A stretch of 40,263 nt of DNA. It comes from Promethearchaeota archaeon (lineage in GTDB: Archaea > Asgardarchaeota > Lokiarchaeia > Sigyniarchaeales > SOKP01). The DNA lies in NCBI GenBank assembly GCA_019894975.1, contig JAGXNO010000036.1:1-40263 (forward strand). Direction: 5' to 3'. Positions 1-12,966 of the stretch are shown one piece after another. The notes under the pieces were generated by a model, which saw only the letters and a list, made by a program, of their open reading frames with translations, did no database searches and was not told the origin of the DNA. The position numbers and the translations under genes are program-made. Position 1 is the stretch's first letter; each line of letters starts with the position of its first letter.

Positions 1-75
1 GATTAATGGAGTCTTTGCTTAGCTAGGGGATTTTTCTAAAATAACAGTAAAAAAATAATAAGAATTAGGGGTTAG

Positions 76-330
76 TTAATCTCCTTCTTCACATATCACT
101 TCATCTACCGAATGTAGAGCACAATTAATTCCCGCTAGATGGTCAACAATTTTTTCAAGTGATAGGTCAATTCCTTCGATATGAATATGTAAAGAAGCTG
201 TTTTTTGATCTAATTCGTCTACCTTTACTCGTACTCTTTTTACTCCTTCAATTTGCATTAATTGTTGAGCCACAAAATAGCTATCCGGTTGATGAGGTTT
301 AAGGACATCTAAGAGAAATTCTACTTTCAT
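76..330 (-). CDS. DUF211 family protein
   Basis: 84 aa; N-terminal LLDVLKPHQP and C-terminal ALHSVDEV match the archaeal DUF211 pattern. Confidence 0.8.
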   Translation of the reverse strand: MKVEFLLDVLKPHQPDSYFVAQQLMQIEGVKRVRVKVDELDQKTASLHIHIEGIDLSLEKIVDHLAGINCALHSVDEVICEEGD

Positions 331-410
331 TATTTTATTTTAAACCCGTGGTTTTAATATATTAATTTTCTTAACGTTTTATTGAATATTTTAATTATTC
401 CTTTTCTAAT

Positions 411-1109
411 TTATAAAAGTTTCTCAATTGCTTCTATTATTTTTGACGGGATTTCATTATGTTCAATTATTACATCCGCTTTATTAATGAATTCTCCTCC
501 AAAGAAATTTGGTTTTTTTGTATCTAGAGCGATAGAGTAAGCCCCAACATTAATTGCGGCTTCTATATCACGGCTAGAGTCTCCAATAACTAATACTTCT
601 CCGGGTGTGACTTTCAATTGATTGCAAATATATATCAAGTGTTCCGGATGAGGTTTTAGATTATTTACATTGTCTCGTCCTACAATTATTTTAAAAAAAT
701 GCCTTAAATTAACTGTTTTGAGAGAAATTTCCGCGTTATTATTAGTATTAAAAGTGAATATTGCCTGTTTTAACTTTTTAGCCTTTGCATATTCTAAAAC
801 TTGATCAATCCCATGTACCATCTGAGCCTTTTGAGCAGCCTCATACTCAACTTTAGTAATGATAGTGTCAACTTCTTTTATGATTTTTGCTACTTTTTGT
901 TCAGAAAGTCCTTGTGTTGTGAAAAACTCTCTTGCTTTTGCTACATTATCTAAGATCGAAAATTCTACAGAGAGGTATGGTTTAGGAACACCATTTTTCT
1001 TTAAAATTTTTATGGCTTCACGACGTGCTCTTACAAAATCAATGTTAAAATAGATAAGAGTACCATCTAGATCCCATATTATTGCCTTTATTGAATTTTT
1101 TCCCTGCAT
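411..1109 (-). CDS. HAD-superfamily hydrolase (phosphoglycolate phosphatase-like)
   Basis: Motif I WDLDGTL, motif III KPHP, motif IV IGDSSRD. Confidence 0.9.
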   Translation of the reverse strand: MQGKNSIKAIIWDLDGTLIYFNIDFVRARREAIKILKKNGVPKPYLSVEFSILDNVAKAREFFTTQGLSEQKVAKIIKEVDTIITKVEYEAAQKAQMVHGIDQVLEYAKAKKLKQAIFTFNTNNNAEISLKTVNLRHFFKIIVGRDNVNNLKPHPEHLIYICNQLKVTPGEVLVIGDSSRDIEAAINVGAYSIALDTKKPNFFGGEFINKADVIIEHNEIPSKIIEAIEKLL

Positions 1110-1682
1110 TTAATATACCAAATCGGAATAAATTGGCCCTTTGGGGCTGAGTTCTGATTTTTTTAGCTTAATCTGATCAATAGTAAATTCCCCAAATTCT
1201 GTAGTCTTGTTTTCATGGATAATTTTCTTAAAAATTTCGAAAGTTTTGTAATTAATTCTTTCTTTCCTAAGTCTTCCAATAGTCAGATGGGGTTTGAACT
1301 GCTGTCTTTTGTCATGATCAATTTTCAATCGTTCATAAAGAAGGTTTTCCACTGAATTTTTAATTTCTTGTAGTAAATTAATATCTCCTATTAATTTTAT
1401 CCACAAAACAGAGAACTTATTGAATTGGCCAACACCCTTGAGGATATATTTATAATTTTTTCCTTGGAATATCTTAGAGTTGATTTCGTCTTTTAATATT
1501 GCATATATTTTTGGTGCTAATGATTCAGGAATATTCCCCAAGAATTTAACAGTCATATGAAGATTTTCGGGTTGCACCAATTTTAGTTTTGGTTGATTTT
1601 GTTTTAATCGGGAGGAAAACGTTTCAATTCTTTCAGTGGTTTCGTTATCCTTTAATTCAAGAGCTATGAATGATCTAATCAT
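1110..1682 (-). CDS. thpR: RNA 2',3'-cyclic phosphodiesterase (2H phosphoesterase, LigT/ThpR)
   Basis: RSFIA start, two HxT motifs (LHMTVKFLG, PHLTIGR), C-terminal SELSPKGPIY. Confidence 0.9.
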   Translation of the reverse strand: MIRSFIALELKDNETTERIETFSSRLKQNQPKLKLVQPENLHMTVKFLGNIPESLAPKIYAILKDEINSKIFQGKNYKYILKGVGQFNKFSVLWIKLIGDINLLQEIKNSVENLLYERLKIDHDKRQQFKPHLTIGRLRKERINYKTFEIFKKIIHENKTTEFGEFTIDQIKLKKSELSPKGPIYSDLVY

Positions 1683-2818
1683 TTTTTATCCCAATAGTTA
1701 AAAATTCTCCATTCTTTATTTTTTAATTGTTTTTTATGGTCTGGAATGAGATTAATATCAGTCAAATCCTCTATATTAGTGGATTTTATAAGATTTATGA
1801 TATTTTTTAGAAAAATTATATTCATTTTTCCACGGGTATTCGCATCAGCAGACGCATTATGAGGAACAAGAATCATTCTTATTTCTGGTTGATTTTTTTT
1901 TATTTTTTTTAGTCTCCGAAGAGTTTTTGTATCTATTGGTTCGTTAGGAAATACATCAAGAGCAAAATTAATCTTAATTGCCTTATTTTCCAACATCTCT
2001 AATAAAATATCAAAATCAATAATTCCACCCCGGGCAGTGTTTACGAGTAAGGCATTTTCCTTCATTAATTTTAATAAATCTCGGCTAATTAATTTCTCTG
2101 TAAAGCTATTTAAAGGAATGTGCAAACTTATGATATCTGATTCTCTAAAGATTTCTTTTAAATCTGTTTTAAATTCAATCAGGGGAAATCTTTTTTCAAA
2201 TTCTTCTTTCTGTGAAAGATCGTAATATAAGATTTTAATACCCCAATTATATAATCTCTTCACAATTTCCTTGCCAATCTCCCCCAATCCCACAATGCCA
2301 AGGATTTTGTTATTGAATACCGATGAAAGAGAGCCATCCAGATCCCATTTATTATTTGAACTCCATTGACCTTTCCACACATGATTATGAAGATCGATCA
2401 AATTTCTTAAGCTTGCCATAATTAACGCTATAGTATAATCTGCTACAGTTTCATGGAGAATCCCTGGTGTATTAGTGAATAGTATGTTGTCTCTTTGAGT
2501 TCTCTGAATATGATTATATCCTACAGTGGATGTAGAAACAGCAAAAATCTGTGATTTCTCTAATAATTGTGCTGATATTTGATGGCTTAAATGGCATCCA
2601 AGAATCTCAGGGTTGAATTCTTCAATTTCAATTCGAATTTGATCTTCTGAAGGAAATCTACCGTTGAAGATTTTAATTTCTGAAATTTGAGTTAATTCAA
2701 CCCATAGTTTTTTAATAATTTCTCGAATATTTTTAGAGATTTGTTTATTAGAACCAATTTCCTTTTCTGAAAACACATTTGAGGTGAAAAATACCTTAGG
2801 TTTATTGATCTCACTCAT
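1679..2818 (-). CDS. D-isomer-specific 2-hydroxyacid dehydrogenase (glyoxylate reductase-like)
   Basis: VGYNHI, NTPG, Rossmann GLGEIG, NTARG, DVFPNEP, PHNAS; 4-nt overlap with thpR suggests an operon. Confidence 0.9.
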   Translation of the reverse strand: MSEINKPKVFFTSNVFSEKEIGSNKQISKNIREIIKKLWVELTQISEIKIFNGRFPSEDQIRIEIEEFNPEILGCHLSHQISAQLLEKSQIFAVSTSTVGYNHIQRTQRDNILFTNTPGILHETVADYTIALIMASLRNLIDLHNHVWKGQWSSNNKWDLDGSLSSVFNNKILGIVGLGEIGKEIVKRLYNWGIKILYYDLSQKEEFEKRFPLIEFKTDLKEIFRESDIISLHIPLNSFTEKLISRDLLKLMKENALLVNTARGGIIDFDILLEMLENKAIKINFALDVFPNEPIDTKTLRRLKKIKKNQPEIRMILVPHNASADANTRGKMNIIFLKNIINLIKSTNIEDLTDINLIPDHKKQLKNKEWRIFNYWDKK

Positions 2819-2941
2819 AATCTACAATTTGGTAAATTTATTACTCTTTAGAAGTTTATCTTTATTTAATTTTATCTTATTCTCAATATTTATTAAAACT
2901 AAAACTACTTTATATTTAAAATACAATGATAGTAGGAGAAA

Positions 2942-3097
2942 ATGGCAATAATTAAATGTCAATTGTGTGGAAAAGAGATAGTTGGAGGGGCAAAAATTCA
3001 ATATTTTGATATTAAGGAACCTACTACAATTCATGTTTTTTGTTCTGAAAAATGTAAAGGAAAATGGATTTCTACTCAAAAGAAAAAGAAAAAATAA
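2942..3097 (+). CDS. Small TRASH/eL24-like zinc-binding protein (51 aa; not in ORF track)
   Basis: Translated by hand: MAIIKCQLCGKEIVGGAKIQYFDIKEPTTIHVFCSEKCKGKWISTQKKKKK*; CxxC...FCSxxC; AGGAG just upstream of ATG. Confidence 0.75.
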   Translation: MAIIKCQLCGKEIVGGAKIQYFDIKEPTTIHVFCSEKCKGKWISTQKKKKK

Positions 3098-3100
3098 AAT

Positions 3101-4072
3101 CTACCTTTTAATTTTTTCTGGAAGGTAAAAGTCATAATTTTTCTTAAATAGTCTAGCTTTAAGAAATCTATCAAGACGTCTTGCGTTTTGAAAGATAACC
3201 CATATCATTTTATCGTTTTTATAATATTTATACACTTCTTCAAAGGTAATAGGTTCTATATTAAATTCCTTAGCTTCCTCTCTATAAAACTGATTAATTC
3301 TTCTGATAAGCCTGGGAATTATGTCAGGTTTCTGTTCTTTAAAAAAATTTGCAATTAAATCTATAGCTACGAGCCTCCAATCGTAATATCGATCAACAAC
3401 TTCTTGTACAAATAATGCTTTAATTAAAAATCTCAAGAATGATGGAGCACTTTTTAAAAATAATTCTGCTTCCATTGCTTCTATATCATTTTTCCGAAAC
3501 ATAGGAGTGCTTGTATCTAAATATATTAGCTTTGATGTATCACTAATTTTTGGATTATGATGATCATAATCAACTACCACAAAGTTTGAAATTTGTCCAT
3601 CCAGACCTACATCTAAAGTTTTATTTTCTTTATTAAGAGTCCAAACTTTTTTTAATTCTCTCATTGCAAGAATAACTAGTGTTTCAATTTCATTATCTGA
3701 TATCTGGTGTATAACTTTGTTCCCAACAGCTTCAGGATCAATCTTTTGTTGAATACAATAAAATTTAATTTCTTCTTTTTCATTTTTAAACCAGATTGCA
3801 TCGCTTTGAGGAAGGTTTAAACCAATCTGATCACTTAGAATCCTACAATATTCTTTGTATGCCCATGCATGCCTTTTAACTTGTTTCTCATTGTCAAAAA
3901 TAGGGATTCTCTTATAAGCTAAATGGGCTGGATCGTTTAGAATTTCAAAAACTAAACTAATCTCCCCAAATCCAAGAATTTTTATCGGTATTTTTCCGTT
4001 TTCTGGGTTTACTGTATCAAGTGTCTTTTCAAACTCTTTGAGTAATTCAATATCGATTTTCATAAAAATCAA
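3101..4072 (-). CDS. DUF6206-like protein, probable kinase-like fold
   Basis: LGFGEISLVF glycine loop followed by AYKR, DGQISNF and YLDTSTP motifs. Confidence 0.55.
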   Translation of the reverse strand: MIFMKIDIELLKEFEKTLDTVNPENGKIPIKILGFGEISLVFEILNDPAHLAYKRIPIFDNEKQVKRHAWAYKEYCRILSDQIGLNLPQSDAIWFKNEKEEIKFYCIQQKIDPEAVGNKVIHQISDNEIETLVILAMRELKKVWTLNKENKTLDVGLDGQISNFVVVDYDHHNPKISDTSKLIYLDTSTPMFRKNDIEAMEAELFLKSAPSFLRFLIKALFVQEVVDRYYDWRLVAIDLIANFFKEQKPDIIPRLIRRINQFYREEAKEFNIEPITFEEVYKYYKNDKMIWVIFQNARRLDRFLKARLFKKNYDFYLPEKIKR

Positions 4073-4122
4073 TTTAACATTGTTTCTATTTATTAATAAA
4101 TGTTTAAAATATTACAATAAGT

Positions 4123-5592
4123 TTAATAGTTATAAGATTCCCCCCGATTTAGGATAATTTCTGCCATTTCTTCTCTTCCCGATTTTTTTAATCGATTTAA
4201 ATAGTTTTTCAGTTGATCTCTTGTATGATAAGGGCCACCCTCTTCTAATACTGTTTCCATAGGATCCTTGTTATTAGGGGTGTTCTTTACCATTTCTATA
4301 TGCCATTCTTTGAGAAAATCTAACCCCTTATCTACAATATCTGGCTTTAGATCTGCTATATTGTTTATCATATGAAAATCCTTATCATAATCAAATAGCA
4401 TAATTTCCGGGAAATTCTTTAACCCTGTATGATAAGTTTTGATTAAGGTCCAATTATCAAATCGTACTGTACGTTGACAGCTCCATGCATTTTGACTAAT
4501 TGTGAGGTATTGTCTCCCTAGATCCTGGTTATTATCAAGATGTGATAAGATACTTTTTCCATCCCAAAACTCAGGAATTTCTAATCCAAGACCGTCTAAA
4601 ACAGTTGCAGCCATATCTGTTTGATATATTAATGAATTGTATTCCTTCCTCCAATTTCTTTCTGGCCATTTTATTATTAGTGGAACCCGATTAGTTACAT
4701 GGCAAGCAGTAGCATGATCTCCATAAACGTTTAATTCTCCTTGGCATTCTCCATAGTCAGAGCTGATAATGATAATTGTCTCATCATAGATGTCTTGATC
4801 CTTTAGCAATTCTGTTAATCTACCAACATATTCGTCTGCGTAATTTATTCCAACATCATAACCGTCAATCCATTTCTTAAAATCATTTAGGTCTCTAATT
4901 TCACCAAGTTCTTTAATTCTGGGAAGGATGTCAGGAGGATCCCAAGGTACAAAACCTGAAGTCTCACAAGCAGAATGAGGCCCATAACTTTTTCTATGTT
5001 CGTCTATGATATCCTGTGTTATCCATGAAGGGATTGGATCATTTTCAAAAGGATTTCCAAACTCTATTGGAGTACGATAAGGTGTATGAGGATCCCAGAA
5101 GTTTACGTGTAGAAACCAATTATCTCTTTCTTCATTATCTTTTAACCATTTCTCTACATAAGGATAGATTTGATCAGCTCTCTCCAGACCCCTAAATCCC
5201 GCATTATACATTTCTTTCCATCCAGAATAAAACCAGAAAGCAGAATGTCTTTCTGCGTATGTCGAAATAGATACGGGATATATTTTTGCTCTTCTGAGCA
5301 TACTAATCCAATTAACACGCAAAAAAGGGTCTTGAAATCCTCGGGTTCTTCCAGTTAACCTTAGATCTGCTGCAGTTCCACCATGTCCAACGATTCCACT
5401 GTGAATACCAAATCTTCCAGTAAATAGGGACGCTCTTGATGGTAAACATGGGGCATCTGAAACATAGCAATTCGTAAAGAGTGTTCCATTTTCGGCTATT
5501 TTATCTATATTTGGGGAAGTATTTCGATGATATCCATAACATCCTAGGTGATCTGGACGTAAAGTATCAATATCAATGTAGAGAATTTTCAT
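4123..5592 (-). CDS. Cys-type (formylglycine-dependent) sulfatase
   Basis: IDIDTLRPDHLGCYG, CLPSRASLFTG (CxPxR), DPHTPY; the usual SDHG motif reads SDYG. Confidence 0.9.
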   Translation of the reverse strand: MKILYIDIDTLRPDHLGCYGYHRNTSPNIDKIAENGTLFTNCYVSDAPCLPSRASLFTGRFGIHSGIVGHGGTAADLRLTGRTRGFQDPFLRVNWISMLRRAKIYPVSISTYAERHSAFWFYSGWKEMYNAGFRGLERADQIYPYVEKWLKDNEERDNWFLHVNFWDPHTPYRTPIEFGNPFENDPIPSWITQDIIDEHRKSYGPHSACETSGFVPWDPPDILPRIKELGEIRDLNDFKKWIDGYDVGINYADEYVGRLTELLKDQDIYDETIIIISSDYGECQGELNVYGDHATACHVTNRVPLIIKWPERNWRKEYNSLIYQTDMAATVLDGLGLEIPEFWDGKSILSHLDNNQDLGRQYLTISQNAWSCQRTVRFDNWTLIKTYHTGLKNFPEIMLFDYDKDFHMINNIADLKPDIVDKGLDFLKEWHIEMVKNTPNNKDPMETVLEEGGPYHTRDQLKNYLNRLKKSGREEMAEIILNRGESYNY

Positions 5593-5629
5593 AGTACTAA
5601 TAAAACAAATTATTTTTTAAGCTTTTTAG

Positions 5630-8836
<3,207 letters not shown>

Positions 8837-8853
8837 TAGAATATGGTGATATT

Positions 8854-9669
8854 ATGGCTCGTCCGTTATGGTTTGTTAAATTGCTGAAAAAAGCTTTTCC
8901 AAACGTCAAGTTTATAGCTAAATTAACAAATTTACCTGTTTTAGGTACATTCTTTGATTTTCTTCTTTTCAGAGGTGATGATATTATCTATCTTCCTCAA
9001 GACAAAGTTATTAATCTTGATAAATCTCTAGGAGAATACCAAGAATATGTATTACCTTCCCAAGTATTAGAACATTTTATAGATAAAGCTAAAAATCATT
9101 GGATTATGAATTTTTGCATCTGTAGGTCGAGTATGGGATGCCAAGATTATCCGATTGATCTAGGTTGTCTTTTTCTTGGAGATGCTGTCCTCGATATTAA
9201 TCCACAATTAGGGACCCTTGTAAGTAAAGAACAGGCATTAGCACATCTGAGAAAATGTAGAGACGCAGGATTAGTTCAAATGATTGGAAAAAACAGATTA
9301 GATGCACAATGGTTAGGTGTTGGCTCAGGAGACAACCTTTTAAGTATATGTAATTGTGATCCTTGCTGTTGTTTGTGGCGTGTAGGTTCAATCTTAGTTC
9401 CAAAAATTGGATCAAAGATAAAAAAGATGCCTGGAGTAGAGGTGCGCGTATCTGAAAATTGTATTGGATGTGGTACATGTTTAAAAGATATTTGTTTTGT
9501 TAATGCAATAAGCTTAAGAGATAATAAAGCTGCTATTAGTAACCAATGTAGAGGATGTGGTCGCTGTGTTAGTGTTTGTCCACAAAATGCAATAGAACTA
9601 TTTTTAGATGATAATAAATATATTGAGAAATCCATTCGAGAACTAGAAAAAATTGTAGATGTTTCCTAA
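8854..9669 (+). CDS. Cys-rich 4Fe-4S ferredoxin-domain protein
   Basis: CICR...C...GCLF, CNCDPCCC, then two ferredoxin motifs (CIGCGTC...C; CRGCGRCVSVCP). Confidence 0.85.
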   Translation: MARPLWFVKLLKKAFPNVKFIAKLTNLPVLGTFFDFLLFRGDDIIYLPQDKVINLDKSLGEYQEYVLPSQVLEHFIDKAKNHWIMNFCICRSSMGCQDYPIDLGCLFLGDAVLDINPQLGTLVSKEQALAHLRKCRDAGLVQMIGKNRLDAQWLGVGSGDNLLSICNCDPCCCLWRVGSILVPKIGSKIKKMPGVEVRVSENCIGCGTCLKDICFVNAISLRDNKAAISNQCRGCGRCVSVCPQNAIELFLDDNKYIEKSIRELEKIVDVS

Positions 9670-9671
9670 TC

Positions 9672-11117
9672 CTATTTTTCTTTTCCAAATAAATTTTGTA
9701 GTTTAAGATTATCCATCCTAGTTCTTTGTTTTAGTGCGGATACTGCTTGAACTGTTTCTTTTATTGAATGGAATACCGGTATATTCGCAAGTTCTAATGA
9801 CTCAATTATCATTGAATATTTGGCTACGTATGGCACAAAACAGACAACTGGTTTATTTTTAGATCCTATAATATTTGCAACCCTTCTACCAATCTGAAAT
9901 GAGATATTAGGGGGATAGGGAAGCAAAAGTAGAATAATACATTCAATTCTTTCAACATCTGATAAATATCTGATGATATTTTCAATATCAGTATCTAATA
10001 CTGATCCTGTTAAATCAATTGGATTGTTAAATGAAGCAATTTCGGCAGCAACCGGGTTCATAAGATCTTTTAAATCTCTTTTTTCTTGATGGGAGAATCT
10101 CACAGCATTTAGTCCATATTTTTTTAGCATATCAGATGCTAGAACTGCATGACCTCCAGAAACAGACACTATTGCAACCTCACCATACGTAATAACATTA
10201 TCTCCAAATGGATTCCTTTTTTTTGCCAACACATCAAAGACTTTTAAACATGTTAGTAATTCTCGTTCAGAGTGGGGTTGTATAACATAGTGTTGACGTA
10301 GAGCGTCATATATAATTTTGTAATTTCCTGCTAAACTCGCAGTATGTGATTGTGTTGCTATTTTTCCTTCTCTTGTTTTACCCCCAAAATATACTATAAC
10401 TGTATCTTCAGATACTTTTGCTAATTCTAAAAAATCTCGTGCTCTACCCTCATTAAATCCCTCTAGATAGAAAGCGATATTTGATGTTTCTGGATCTACT
10501 CGACTGAAATATTCTAATAACATAACCTCATCCACAACTGCTCTATTACCTATTGAAACTGCGGTGGAAACTCCTATATTTCTTTCATTAAACTTTACAA
10601 AGAATTGGTCCACTAACACTCCTCCACTTTGGCTGATCAAGGCTACAGATCCTTTAGGGGGTTTAGTAATACGTTCTGTGGGTAAAAAAATAGTATCAAC
10701 GATCGGTGGAGCATAAACTCCAAGACAATTCGGTCCAAGAACAGCGATATCATTATCAAAAGCAATCTTCTGAAGTTGTTCTTGTCTTTTTCTACCTTTT
10801 CCTCCAATTTCTGCAAACCCTCCACCTATTATAACGCTTGAAGGGATACCTAAGTCACTACATTCTTGAATATAATCTAAAGTGTCATCAGGCCCAACAG
10901 CTATTACTAAAAGATCTGGAATTTCAGGTAATTTATCTAAGCGTTCATACAATTGAATTCCTTCAATCTCCCCCCCACTTGGATATATTCCATAAACTTT
11001 CACTTGCATTTCAAATTCATTCTTTAATAACACTATTCGACCAGGGCTAAGAGAGTTTTTTTTACTAATACCCACAACAGCAATCGATTTTGGTCTAAAT
11101 AATTTTTCCAAATCCAT
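9672..11117 (-). CDS. ADP-forming acyl-CoA synthetase alpha subunit (CoA-binding, AcdA-like)
   Basis: LFRPKSIAVVG, GPNCLG, SQSGG, phospho-His SHTASLAG, NPIDLTG; no beta subunit in window. Confidence 0.85.
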   Translation of the reverse strand: MDLEKLFRPKSIAVVGISKKNSLSPGRIVLLKNEFEMQVKVYGIYPSGGEIEGIQLYERLDKLPEIPDLLVIAVGPDDTLDYIQECSDLGIPSSVIIGGGFAEIGGKGRKRQEQLQKIAFDNDIAVLGPNCLGVYAPPIVDTIFLPTERITKPPKGSVALISQSGGVLVDQFFVKFNERNIGVSTAVSIGNRAVVDEVMLLEYFSRVDPETSNIAFYLEGFNEGRARDFLELAKVSEDTVIVYFGGKTREGKIATQSHTASLAGNYKIIYDALRQHYVIQPHSERELLTCLKVFDVLAKKRNPFGDNVITYGEVAIVSVSGGHAVLASDMLKKYGLNAVRFSHQEKRDLKDLMNPVAAEIASFNNPIDLTGSVLDTDIENIIRYLSDVERIECIILLLLPYPPNISFQIGRRVANIIGSKNKPVVCFVPYVAKYSMIIESLELANIPVFHSIKETVQAVSALKQRTRMDNLKLQNLFGKEK

Positions 11118-11248
11118 TTTGAACAGCTTTTAATTAGGGTTTCTTTTAATGTATATATCATATAGATTTAAGATATATTTAATTTTCCCCTAATTTAGAA
11201 TTTAAACATTATTAGCGTTTTAGATTAAAAAAAAATAAAGAGAAATTA

Positions 11249-12214
11249 TTAGCTTCTAACAATATCCCTAAAAATGTTCACAAATGCGTTAAAATTTTTA
11301 TTTATAAAATATATATCAAATGGATTTTTGTTTTTTAAAACAAGCATATAATAGGGTAAATCAATATCTTTGAGAAGTATCGGCTTGAATAGAAAATATC
11401 TTTCCGCTTTCCTCACAACTATTTGATCTTCTTGCTGTTCCAACTCCATATCCTCAAATACATCATTAATACTTAAGAAATAGCCAATTGTACTGCTCAA
11501 AAGTCTCTTTGAAATATCATCTTTAAAGCAGGAACCCAATATAATCGAATTTTTATCTATTATTATTAATCCTTCGCAGTCCAATTTCTTTGCATATTCT
11601 TCAATAGTCTTCTGTATCAATTCCGATTTTGGATAAAGTTCTAATAAAATTTGAGACATCCCACTCATGATTGTATAGGGATCATATATTGAAGTACAGA
11701 AAAACTGAATATTTTTATAATTCGCTGTTTCACTTATTTCCTTCTTTAATTCCTCAATTTGAGCTTCAATTTCACTTTCTATATTATGAATTAATTTAGG
11801 GTCACATTTATGAAAGAAAATGTTTAATGGTGGTTCGATGTTCAGTTCTTCAAATTTCTCAATTACATCGTATAAATAACTTAAGGATTCAATTATACGT
11901 GAAGAATCTAATATATCAATGACATAAATAGCGATTTCTGTCTCGTTAAAGAACTTGCCAGGATTTTTTAAATATGAGATTAGATAACTCTTTTGACCGC
12001 CTAAGTCCCATTCCGTTACCTCTCTCCCTAATAATTTGAAAGTTGTTCTCTGAGCACCTCTAGTTGGTTCAATTACAGCTATTTTTGAAAATTCTCTCTG
12101 TAGAGTTAAAATTATGCTTGTTTTACCGGCACCATCTAATCCAGTAAACACAATTTTGTAAGGTTTTTGTTTAGAATCCTTTTCTTCATGAAAGAACAAT
12201 AATGAATCTTCCAA
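11249..12214 (-). CDS. Rag/Gtr-like small GTPase with C-terminal roadblock/longin-like domain
   Basis: G1 GLDGAGKT, G2 PT, G3 WDLGGQ, G4 HKCD, G5 TSIYD (HKxD and TSI are Rag-type); ~130-aa alpha/beta C-terminal domain; TTG start after GGGTGA. Confidence 0.85.
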   Translation of the reverse strand: MEDSLLFFHEEKDSKQKPYKIVFTGLDGAGKTSIILTLQREFSKIAVIEPTRGAQRTTFKLLGREVTEWDLGGQKSYLISYLKNPGKFFNETEIAIYVIDILDSSRIIESLSYLYDVIEKFEELNIEPPLNIFFHKCDPKLIHNIESEIEAQIEELKKEISETANYKNIQFFCTSIYDPYTIMSGMSQILLELYPKSELIQKTIEEYAKKLDCEGLIIIDKNSIILGSCFKDDISKRLLSSTIGYFLSINDVFEDMELEQQEDQIVVRKAERYFLFKPILLKDIDLPYYMLVLKNKNPFDIYFINKNFNAFVNIFRDIVRS

Positions 12215-12233
12215 ATGAATTTCACCCCTTTTT

Positions 12234-12737
12234 TTAATGGATTGTAAATATTATTCCTTCTAGATTTCCCAAAATGAAATCAGTATCACTAAAGAATTTT
12301 TTAATTCTTTTCTCAAAGAGTAAATTATAATCACCCATCTTCATTATATCTCCTACAAATCCTATTCTATATTTAACTTCCTCGGGTTTCAATTTAGGAT
12401 CTTTAAATTCAAACTCTCTCCAACCATCTTCATTCAGATCTCCTATATTTTCAATTTTGTGTATTATTCTTTGAATCATTCGGTAAATAAACAAAATCCC
12501 AAATACAAGAAAAGTGATAGAAAAAATAGCATACCATTGCCATGAAACGGTACCTCTGGATGTAGTCACCACGGAAGCCACAAATAAGAAATATATGAAA
12601 ATCATAAAAGGATAATAAAAATCAACAATTATATGTTTCATAATCCAATTGATTAATTCTTTCGTACTATAAGGACAGCCGTTTATGTTCCTTGGTTCCT
12701 TGTCTTCCTCTTCTACTTTTTCTTTTGATGATTTCAT
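12234..12737 (-). pseudogene. Two-TM membrane protein with truncated CapA/PGA_cap-type metallophosphoesterase domain
   Basis: Two hydrophobic helices, then IGFVGDIM...GNLEG (first CapA motifs); stop 6 codons later, so later metal ligands are missing. Confidence 0.55.
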
Positions 12738-12966
12738 AACATTTCGCCCAATATTTTAATTAAAAATTTGAAGTCTAAAAGATTTCCACTCTAAGTTAAT
12801 AATATTCCAAGTTAATTTATAATTTTAATGATTTTTAGGTAGATTTGGTTTCATTATTAAGAGGTTTAGTTTTATTCTTAATAAATGGATTATCGAGGAA
12901 GAATTTAAAGTTTTATTAGCAAAGAAAGAGATATAATTTCAACTTAATTATTCTTAAAAAATTACT

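Noticed and set aside
1-26. Possible 3' end of a plus-strand gene (...LMESLLS*)
   Set aside because: Too short to identify
2822-3079. 85-aa minus-strand ORF in the track
   Set aside because: Antisense to the better-supported zinc-finger ORF, with no motifs
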